Below, in pieces: positions 9,578 to 18,208 of a DNA stretch of 18,208 nt. The position numbers and the translations under genes were made by a program. Within the stretch, counting starts at the first letter, position 1; each line of letters starts with the position of its first letter. The notes under the pieces are model-generated. The model was not told the DNA's origin and ran no database searches. It saw only the letters and a program-made list of their open reading frames with translations. The stretch comes from Octopus sinensis (taxonomy: Eukaryota), in the NCBI RefSeq assembly GCF_006345805.1, contig NW_021824572.1:1-18208 (forward strand), read 5' to 3'.

Positions 9578-10037
9578 CTAAAGAAAGAGAAAGAGTAAGA
9601 GCGATGTGTCTTCCTCCTCCTACTACTGCTACTCTGTGACTTCCTGCCTCTCTATGTCACTGCCTTTTTCGTTGTGTCTCTCGCTTTTTCCTTCCTCATC
9701 TCTACTCAAATATAATTAGTATAAATGCAGCTTCTGGTCTTTTTCATATACACGTATATCCTACTCTATCTTTTCTTCTTCTTACATTGTCTCTTTATAT
9801 CTTTCTACATCAGTTTCTCTATCTTCGATTCGCTTTCTCTTTCGTATCTGAAATCTGTTCAACAGACTCCTCTCTCTCTCTGCTCCTCTTCCTCTTTTTC
9901 TTTATCAATCTCTATCTCTCTATCTCTGTTTCCTCGATACTTCTTTCTCTCTCTTTCACACACACACACTCTCTTTCTCTCTCTCTCTCTCTAAGTGTTT
10001 TTCCCCCTACCTTCGGTTGTTCTCTCGTTTGTTGTAG

Positions 10038-10173
10038 TAAGGCTCCTACGGCCGCAACTCCCAGTCGGTCCCCGCTGTTGTCGCCGCTGACACCAGCGCG
10101 TACTTTTAGAAAAACGGGGGTGTCCACCGGCAAAGCACTTGGTTGGTTAATACATAAAATATATATATATTAA
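10038..10173 (+). CDS. Candidate (possibly terminal) exon with tandem acceptor; frames SYGRNSQSVPAVVAADTSAYF* (stop 10107-10109) or KAPTAATPSRSPLLSPLTPARTFRKTGVSTGKALGWLIHKIYIY* (stop ends 10173)
   Basis: A very long polypyrimidine tract precedes ttgtag|taag|GCTCC. The island is GC-rich and unique, with G/C at 17 of 21 third positions in the SYGR frame. A-rich, UTR-like sequence follows, with ATTAAA at 10169-10174. There is no strong donor immediately downstream; the next GTAAGT is at 10285. Confidence 0.55.
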
Positions 10174-10489
10174 AAGAAGAAAAAAAACATATATAAACAT
10201 AACATTTTAGCAGAACAAAAGGGAAAAAAATACAATACACATTCGTACCCTCAGGAATATGCAGTTACCTTACTTTTACCATCTGTAAGTCAACACACAC
10301 ACGTTTATATGTATATATGTATATAAATATATAATTCTGTGTACTGTGTATGTGTCGTATGTGTGTATATATATGTATGTATGTGCTGTGTCGTGTTATG
10401 GAATTGGCTCTTGTTTTTACCGTTCCTGCCGTTTTCGTCGTAATTCTTATAGATAACCTTATATTTTTAGCCATTTTTTTTTCGCTTAT

Positions 10490-10600
10490 TTTCTTCCTCT
10501 CTCTCTCTCTCTCTCTCTTTCCTTTTCTCTCTCTTCGTTCCTTTTTCCTCTTTCATTCTCACTTTTTTCTCTCTCTCTTCCTCCCGCCTCTCTCTGGCTT
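10490..10600. repeat. (CT)n-rich polypyrimidine tract
   Basis: ctctctct runs. Confidence 0.9.
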
Positions 10601-10709
10601 TTTGTGCAATTCATATTTTTCTCTCTGGCAACGTACATTCACAAATGTACACGCACATTAATTATATATACGCAAAATATCTACGTGCGTGTGGATGTAT
10701 ATGTATATA

Positions 10710-10777
<68 letters not shown>

Positions 10778-10812
10778 GTCTGTCTGTCAATCTGTCTATC
10801 TTTCTATCTATC
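10710..10812. repeat. (TCTA)n/(TCTG)n microsatellite
   Basis: About 16 CTAT units followed by CTGT units. Confidence 0.97.
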
Positions 10813-11158
10813 GATTCAGTAGTCTAAGCATGTATAAATATGTGTTCATCATTATCTTGTTTAAATGGCTTATTCACTGGGATTTTTCGGAATCCCCATC
10901 ACAGTTGTTTTAATTCTTTCCCCATTGAAAACTACTGCCATCATCTCGCTTTCTCTTCACGTCCCCCCTCCCTATTGTCGATAATGAATTTAAGTTATTT
11001 ATGTTGCCTATATGAATGCGCGCACGCACACACACACACGCACATACACTTACTTAATAAGTGCGAGAGAAAGAATTAGTGTGTGTGTGTGTATACACAC
11101 ACACAAGATCGTTTACTTACCATTAGCATCACCAGTCATACTGATTCTTTGACATCAT

Positions 11159-11309
11159 TTGTTCTGAGTTCAAATCCCGTCGAGGTCAGCTTTGATTTCC
11201 ATCCTTTCAGGATCGATGATAATGATGTACCAGTTAAGTACTGAGGTCGCTGTAATTGACCAACTCTCTCCCCTCAAAATTGTGGGCCTTGTGCCTAAAT
11301 AAGAGACTA

Positions 11310-11344
<35 letters not shown>
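11159..11344 (+). mobile_element. Family A tRNA-derived SINE, 5'-truncated, with (ATT)n tail
   Basis: B box gagttcaaatccc (11166-11178), then gaggtcagctttgatttccatcctttcaggatcgat...gtaccagttaagtactgaggtcg...ggccttgtgcctaaa, and an ATT tail at 11311-11344. Confidence 0.88.
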
Positions 11345-11631
11345 TAGTTACTTCTCTTGTCAAGTGACTGTCCATTTATATGTGTGTGTGTGTGAGTATT
11401 TGACTATCCGCTATTATCAGAAAGGGGTTGTTGGCAACCCAGTTGAATTTCAGCTTGACCAAAATCGTTAGAATATCTTTAGTTCCATCTGTTTACCTTC
11501 TTATTCTTATTTCAAATATCACAGGAGTTAGTCTATTTGAATCATCCCTCCAGGGACTCTAAAGCGAAATCTCTGTCATTTACATATTGACTGGATATAT
11601 GACTCGCTGTTATGATATTTTTCTTCCAAAT

Positions 11632-11665
11632 TCATCATCATCATCATCATCATCATCACTATCAT
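11632..11665. repeat. (CAT)n microsatellite
   Basis: tcatcatcatcatcatcatcatcatcactatcatc. Confidence 0.93.
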
Positions 11666-11693
11666 CGATCACAACTCGAGCCTCTTACATAGT

Positions 11694-11833
11694 TGCTCGA
11701 CCTACTAGAAACAGTAGCTAATTCTTCTTCAAACTACACAGTGCCGTCAAAAATAAAGAGGCAAGGACACCTCAGAAGACAGGATGGTCGTGACTAGAGC
11801 GTCTTAGTTTTGGCATCACCGATCAGGGCCTGA
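11694..11833 (+). mobile_element. Family B repeat, copy B3
   Basis: tcgacctactagaaacagtagctaa...gccgtcaaaaa...aggatggtcgtgactagagcgtc...gatcagggcctga. Confidence 0.65.
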
Positions 11834-12227
11834 TGTGGGAGTAAATGTTTCCTCCCTTCCTTCCTTCCTTCCTTCCTCTTCCTCCTCATCATGCATATAT
11901 ACATTGTTTGGGATCACATACTTTCTGTTTAAATCATCTTTATATGCAAGCACACACACAACACGCGCATTGTATAGGAGAATCTGCTTAACGGCTGGAG
12001 TACAGTTTATTGATTGATTAAATGATTAACTCATCGATTGATTTAAAAGATCGATCGATCAATCAAAATTTTCATTCTGGTAGTTGATGATGATGTTTCT
12101 GTTTTTGCTGTTTTCCTCGTTTTTTGTTTTTTTTTTAACATTTTTTAAAAAACTTGTGATATATTAATAATGATCTTGATTGAACGAGAAATTAACTACT
12201 ATATCACATCAAAAATGTTTTAATTTG

Positions 12228-12422
12228 TTATTATTGCTTAGCACCGAGTCAGACTTAACTGAGAAGTCTGATGATCAAAAAGCGTTCCATCTGTGATAAT
12301 CCAGTCTGATAATTGAAGCAGTCCATCCAGGAATTTTATTATCCAATGATTCTTTCCGTTCGAAGGTTGCTGAGTGCAAGGTGATTGGAATTTGGCTGCA
12401 TTTTCTAGCAGGTCGACGGACC
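12228..12422 (-). mobile_element. Family B repeat, antisense copy B4
   Basis: ttattgcttagcaccgagtcag...gtctgatgatcaaaaagcgttccatctgtga...tttggctgcattttctagcaggtcgacggacc is the reverse complement of the B5/B6 architecture. Confidence 0.8.
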
Positions 12423-12639
12423 GTTTAAACACAACATCGTCGTTGGTCGGAATGTATTTTTGTTTACCTTCCTGTTTTCGAGGATGGTACGTACCTTGGC
12501 ATATCCAGAGTGAGGAAGCGTGCTTTACACTGTTTGCGTGTCTTGTATTGCGTAATATCGCCGTTGTTGCGAGAATCTCTCTCTTTCTCTCACGTGGTGA
12601 GTTCTCATCCTTGATCAGTTTCCAAACAAAACAACCAAC

Positions 12640-13035
12640 AGCGCCGTCACCACCTCCACCACCACCACCACCATCAACAACAACAACATCAACAACAACA
12701 ACACTATAGGCAACACAGCAAACAGCCTTCACCGATGCTACTTCAACCACAACCATAGCTTAACTACCAACACTACCAGCACCAGCACCACGATCGCATA
12801 ACTTATAAACAAGACCTATTACTACCACCACAACTTCAAACACTACTAACACGAACCGGAACTTACTACTACTACTACTACTACTACTACTACCAACCAC
12901 CACCACCACCACCACCAAAACGCTACGGCCGCTACTGAATTCCACAAGAAACACCGACACAAATACCACCAAGGTGGCACAACAAAAGCTACCACCAGCC
13001 ACTCTCACCTTATCCACTACTCACCATTATCATCA
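12640..13035. repeat. Compound (ACC)n/(AAC)n/(ACT)n trinucleotide low-complexity region
   Basis: ccaccaccacc, caacaacaac and an (ACT)n run at 12863-12892. Confidence 0.9.
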
Positions 13036-13094
13036 CCAAGATAAAAAACATTCTTCATTTCGAGCCAAAAAGTGAGGCAGGCACTAACATAGGC

Positions 13095-13290
13095 ATTCGA
13101 CCGTCCTGGAAATAACAGCCAAAATCTCTCGTCAATCAGATCACGCCGTCTCAAATGAGAAAAGAAAAGAAGAAAAGAACCGAAAACGGAGTACATTCTC
13201 GTGGAAATGAAGAATGTGATGGTCATTGTTTCAGTGCCTTTGATCGTTAAGTCTGCTCAATTAAGGCCGACCTAGGGCTAAGCAGTAACA
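13095..13290 (+). mobile_element. Family B repeat, copy B5
   Basis: tcgaccgtcctggaaataacagccaaaatctc, an A-rich linker, then gatggtcattgtttcagtgcctttgatcgttaagtctgctcaattaaggccgacctagggctaagcagtaaca. Confidence 0.82.
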
Positions 13291-13423
13291 TTACTTAGTA
13301 ACTATTCGGACAACTTTACCTCGTCCCCCTCTTTGGTAAAAAAAGCAAAACAAAACAAAAGAGAACAATAACTAAGACATTCTCTTCATATATACAGTCA
13401 ACAGCCCACGTTACCCATACGTC

Positions 13424-13590
13424 TACCACCATCACCACCACATCGTCGTCGTCATCATCATCATTAACATCATCATCATATTCGTCGTCGTCAATAGCCT
13501 AATTACCACCTCCGCCGTCGTTCTTCTGTCAACTGTCAAGGCATGACAATAGGAATTATGATGACAATGATGATGATGATGGTGGTGTAG
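13424..13590. repeat. (CAT/CAC/CGT)n tract and inverted (ATG/GTG)n tract
   Basis: catcatcat at 13424-13492 and atgatgatg...ggtggtg at 13558-13588. Confidence 0.88.
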
Positions 13591-13854
13591 ATAGCGTAGG
13601 GGAAACTAGGCTTTGAGCGTGTATGGTGTGTGTGTATGTGTGTGTGTGTGTGTGTCAGTACTTGGATTTCGTGCAAAACTACGTTCGTTTTACTAACTTT
13701 TAATAGTGTAACTGGTTCCAATCACAGGCCTATACCTATGACATGATCTATCTATCTCTATGTGCATGTATGTGTATATATGTGTATAACGTATTTGTCT
13801 AGATATCTATTCATATTTCTATGTATCCCTAACCATCCATCTATCCATCCGTTC

Positions 13855-13856
13855 AC

Positions 13857-13922
<66 letters not shown>
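13855..13922. repeat. (TCTA)n microsatellite
   Basis: About 16 CTAT units. Confidence 0.97.
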
Positions 13923-13923
<1 letters not shown>

Positions 13924-14623
13924 ATTTATCTATGCACCTGACTGTATATAATTTGCGTGCAACTGCCGATTTGTAAGAGTATGTAAATGTATCCACACTT
14001 GTCTAAGTGTATCTACAAACATGCACTTCTATCCATCTACAGCTGTACGTTCTTAACGTCGCTCCGTGTTTGTGTGTGTGTGTCTGTGTGTGTTTAGTGT
14101 TTAGTTGTGTAAGGTGCGATCTGCTTTGCTGTGTGCATGCCAAGTGACTGCTGTTGCTTTGATTGCGTTCATGCACTCTGCTCCGTTTATGCGTGTATAT
14201 GTGCGCGTGTGTGTGTGTTATGAACAGATATCTTTTGTTGTGTCTGTGTGTCTGTATTAAAGGTTCGCTCATTCACTTAACTCCTCTTCTCGTGTTGTGT
14301 ATGTTTTTTTTTAAATACTTTTTTTTTTTAGCTCTTTCTTTCACCCTTCTGTTCATTCTAGACAAACACAATACCACTATCTAGAGAGCCCAACCAGTCA
14401 GTCACTGTGTGATCATGGCAACAAGAATCTGACAGCTAAAGGCGCGCACACACTTACTCAGAGTACTGTGGCTATTTTTTGTTGTTGCTCTGTGCGTGTG
14501 TGTTTGTAATACGGCGACAGATTCCAGTGATGGGTGGCAATAAACTGTAAAACACAGCACAAACGTACATATGCATGCTCATACAACACACACACTAAGG
14601 CAAACGAGGCAACTTCTACATTA

Positions 14624-14834
14624 CGTGGTCGATCGACCGGCTAGAAAAAGAAGCTAAATATCCGTTGATGTCTATAGATGTAGATAAACTGTTTGAAAAA
14701 AAATTCAAAACAAAAAAAAAAAAAAGAAACAAGGTAAAGAATGAAATGGGCTGGTCACGGTTGGAATGTTGTGGATTATATTATATTATAATAGGCTTGC
14801 TTTATCAAGGCTTGGATGTTAAGATAAACAACAC
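14624..14834 (+). mobile_element. Family B repeat, copy B6
   Basis: cgtggtcgatcgaccggctagaaaaagaagctaaa, a poly-A linker, then gggctggtcacggttggaatg...ataggcttgctttatcaaggc...taaacaacac. Confidence 0.75.
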
Positions 14835-15989
14835 ACTCCACTCATACGTATAGACTGCTAATGCGTTTCCACTGGTGGGAGATCCTTGATTAATGCTGTG
14901 GCGATGACTGTATTGATGAGGGGGACAGCAGCGATGTTGAAATATCTTTATCCCAAACGTGTGTGTGTGTGCATATAATATATATATATATATATATGTA
15001 TATTTACCACGCATTTTGTATTTTATGTATGACACGTTATGTATGCGTCTCAAAATGGTTGGAGTAATCCCCCCCCACCTCCATTAGTGTGTGTATGAAA
15101 TGCACATCTCTCACAGCTATGTGTGCGTTTGCGTGTGTGTGTGTGTGTGTGACTATAATGGACGGTGGTTGTTTTGCTGTTGTTGGTCAGGTCAACTTAC
15201 TCTTTCATTCACTCCTACCTTTACTCGAGTTGTCCTCCTTCTCCTTTAATTCATTCACCTCTCTCTCTCTCTCTCTCTCCCTTCCACTTTAAAAATACCC
15301 GTTATTTCACTCACTTCGAAATGCTCAATCAGGTCCGAACGAAAACATACTCTTCTTCTTGTTGTGGAAGGTTTTATAACAACGGCATTTTTTTTTCACG
15401 TTTACTTATCACAACATTAAAGCTTTTCGTAAGCTCATAAGTAACACAACCATCACATGTTAGGGTAACTAGGTTTGTACGATCCGGTTTCCATTCACTT
15501 CCGCGGCTTAAAAAAAAAAAAAAGTAAAAGGACATTAATTTCTATCTTCTCACATATTGGAAAAAAAAAATCTCAATCATCTTTCCTATTTTAGAAGCAT
15601 ATACTTACTAATGCTACGTTCATTCATTATCATCGTCATCTTCTTTGTCGTAATCGCCGTTACGAATGGATTATCTTATTTCTCTTAATCCTTAGTTGTC
15701 ATCCATACTTGGTTTTCATGTCCCTCCCACACTCTTCTCAATATATAATACATCGCCACCAGCCAGACCTTTGGGGTTCGTTTAAGAAATAACATGGTCA
15801 CTAGTGGCTTAATCAAAAATACACACACACATATTTTTTTTATGCTTCAGCCGTGCGGTTGCGGTAATGCTGGAGCATATAAACTCTAAGCATTGTGTTT
15901 CCGTGGATATACACGCCAGAGAAAAACATCCCGTTTTTTCCTTTACTTCGATAACATCCACAGTTGCACACGCTCGCTCATGTACATGC

Positions 15990-15999
15990 TTATCTATCC

Positions 16000-16043
<44 letters not shown>

Positions 16044-16110
16044 GTCCATCTATCTATCTTTCTATCTATCTATCTATCAATCTATTTATCTATCTATCTA
16101 TCTATCCATA
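15990..16110. repeat. Imperfect (TCTA)n microsatellite
   Basis: About 28 CTAT-type units. Confidence 0.97.
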
Positions 16111-16127
16111 CATACATACACAGATAT

Positions 16128-16297
16128 GCTGTTGATTAACCCTAGGTCAGCCCTAAGCGAGTAGTAGACTTAAAACCAAAGGCGCTCCATCGCTGACTGT
16201 CCTGTCGTTATCCAAAGTGCTCTTCCTTATTTTTTAACACAGTTGAGCGAAGTTTGAGGAAAAGTTGGCTTCTATTTCTAGCAAGCCAAGTGACCAC
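16128..16297 (-). mobile_element. Family B repeat, antisense copy B7
   Basis: gttgattaaccctaggtcagccctaagcgagtagtagac...caaaggcgctccatcgctgac...gttggcttctatttctagcaag...gtgaccac. Confidence 0.8.
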
Positions 16298-16859
16298 ATC
16301 CAGGCTTCTTTCGTTGGTTCGACCATGTAGTTTTTGCTCGGCGATCTTAAAATGCTGATTAATTTCATAAATGACATGACATCCACACACACACACACCA
16401 CACAAGTGTGTGCATGTGTGTTTGTAATTGAAGCATGTTCCTTGATCGATGTAGTGTTTCTGTAGTTATCTTGTATCTGTTGTTTTCCATTTATAAATTA
16501 AAGAGAAAAATATAGACAGATGATAAGTTGCTTGACAGACGAAAAGAAAAAAGTAATTGAAGACGAACAATATCGTGTGTGTGTGTTTATATGTTATAGA
16601 CGCGTGTATGTATGAATGTGTAACAAGAATAACAAAGCATTAAAGTAACTGTGGAAGATAGAGTAAGAGTCTGTTCATCTCGGAAGGGCTGATCGCTCCG
16701 TTAAAATTCTCTTACAAAAGAAGAAGAAAAAATCAAATCTGTGAACGAAGGAAGAATAGAACGGACGACGATCGGGAGCTAAAAAAGAATGAAGAAAATG
16801 CAATGCTCAATAGATATATAAATCTGTATGTATGTATGTGTACGTACGTGTTGTGTTGT

Positions 16860-17446
16860 TAGAATGAGAAAAAGCGTAAATGAGCGAAGAAGGAAGCCAA
16901 TGGGAAGAAGAATAATTGAGAAAGAAACGAAGGGAAGAGAGAAAGCGCGTGAGTTAAAAAGCGAGAGAAATAGAGTGAAATGCAAGGAAGAGACAGAAGC
17001 GAGAAGGAGAAAAAGATGAGAGGAGAGAGAGAGGGGGGGAAAGGGATGAGGAACAGGTAGAGAAAGCGTGTTTGTGTAAGGATGCGTGAGTATGAAACAA
17101 TTAATGAGAACGAATATATACGCACATATATATATAGAGAGAGATAGATAGATGTGTGTATGTGTGTAAGGAGAATGCTGGAAAGAGAGAGAGAGAGAGA
17201 GAGAGAGAAAACAATGGTGAGAGATACTTAGAAGAAAGGCTGAGCGAAAGGTTAGATGATTATGAAAGTGTTAATGAGAGATAGAAAGAAAGAAGCTGAT
17301 GGTGGGGGGAAGAAAAAGATGACGATAGATATAGAGTGAACAGAGAGAGAGCGAGGGAGAGGACGACGAGGAGGAGGAGGGTCAAGAGAGTAAGAAAAAG
17401 ACAGTAAGAAAGAAAGAATGAGAGAGAGGAGAAGAAGGGGGGGAAG
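16860..17446. repeat. Long polypurine (GA-rich) low-complexity tract
   Basis: About 580 nt that is strongly A/G-biased on +, including (GA)n at 17184-17208. Confidence 0.9.
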
Positions 17447-17525
17447 TTAAATGTTTTCAGCGTGTCTGTGTGTCCGTATGTGGTTATGTTTTGAGACCAT
17501 GTCTATCACTAGGGGCCCCTGGCTG

Positions 17526-17660
17526 CAGTAGTGGTGGTGATGGTGGTGGTGGTGGTGGTGGTGTTGCCGCTGCTGCTGCTGCTGCTTCTGCCACTGGCTG
17601 CTGCTGTGCTGGCAGTGGTAATAGTAGTGACGGCGGTGGCGGTGGTGGTGGTAGTGGCAA
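17526..17660. repeat. Compound (GGT)n/(GCT)n/(GGC)n trinucleotide repeat
   Basis: ggtggtggt...gctgctgctgct...ggcggtggcggtggtggt. Confidence 0.93.
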
Positions 17661-17922
17661 TCTTGCTTGATTAGAAAATTATCTAGCACACACCCGCTTC
17701 TTGTACATTTTAACTATCAACCACAGACACACACACACATATATACACATGCATTTGTACATATCACACACACGGACGGACACACACACACACACACACT
17801 CGAACACCGTGGGTCGGTGGTGTCTGTGTGTCCGTCCGTGTCTAAGCTGCATGCGTTCGTTCGTTTGACGCTGTATGTGCGCGCGTATGTGTACGTGTGT
17901 TTATTATGTGCGAGTGTTTTTG

Positions 17923-17924
<2 letters not shown>

Positions 17925-17956
<32 letters not shown>

Positions 17957-18068
17957 TTCGCTATCTCTCGCTTCGATGTTTCTTTCTTTCTCTCGTTAGC
18001 TCGCTCCCTTCCTCTCTGTCTTTCTCTCTCTCTCTCTCCTAATGTCTCAGTTTCTCTCTCTCTCTCCT
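17925..18068. repeat. (CT)n polypyrimidine microsatellite
   Basis: ctctctct runs. Confidence 0.93.
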
Positions 18069-18208
18069 CTGTGTTCTTTTCAAACGTGCCTCTATATGGA
18101 AGTAAGTAACGTCTTTTAATTATTCTTCTTTACATATATTCTCTAATATATATATCCCGGATTCTATATTTTTGTTCTGCTTCTACGGTCTCTGCCCAGC
18201 TCTCTCTT

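Noticed and set aside
12008-12068. Inverted (ATTG)n/(CAAT)n with a GATC palindrome cluster
   Set aside because: It is short and low in complexity, with no further support for function.
12238-12756. 172-aa ORF on the - strand
   Set aside because: It is made of a GGT/GTT repeat plus repeat copy B4, with no recognisable protein features.
17447-17689. Poly-Gly/Ala (+) or poly-His/Gln/Pro (-) ORFs resembling transcription-factor low-complexity regions
   Set aside because: They are bounded by nearby stops, lack good splice sites or a flanking domain, and similar compound repeats occur elsewhere in clearly non-coding context.
150-17855. Multiple TGCATG (RBFOX-type) motifs
   Set aside because: Most sit inside decayed TG/CA/TA microsatellites, where this hexamer arises readily, so enrichment cannot be claimed.
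1-18208. CRISPR array, prokaryotic operon or phage system
   Set aside because: There are no regularly spaced direct repeats with unique spacers and no gene-dense ORF organisation; the window is eukaryotic repeat-rich DNA.

Overview
This is eukaryotic, AT-rich, non-coding DNA that is mostly intron- or UTR-like and packed with microsatellites: (AT)n, (CA/TG)n, (CT/GA)n, (TCTA)n, (ATT)n and ACC/GCC/GCT trinucleotides. Two dispersed short-repeat families recur. Family A is a tRNA-derived SINE with A/B boxes, a 'ggccttgtgcc' 3' end and an (ATT)n tail. Family B has a 'ctagaaatagcagccaaa' block, an A-rich linker, a 'gatggtcac...gatcataggtctgctcgatcagggctgacc' block and a (CAA)n-like tail, with about 8 copies in both orientations. 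From recall, both resemble repeats abundant in Octopus genomes, so the source is probably a coleoid cephalopod; this is an inference, not a database result. No complete gene, prokaryotic feature, CRISPR array or RNA gene is supported, and the listed six-frame ORFs look like translations of simple repeats or non-coding DNA. Three short, GC-rich, non-repetitive islands on the + strand have splice-site context and look like small exons of one large-intron gene that I cannot identify: 2361-2388, 2528/2531-2598 and 10038/10042 onward. The most interesting patterns are tandem acceptors whose first AG leads straight into a stop codon, and several inverted-repeat or fold-back arrangements that could form dsRNA in the pre-mRNA. 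All of these remain hypotheses until tested with transcript data.
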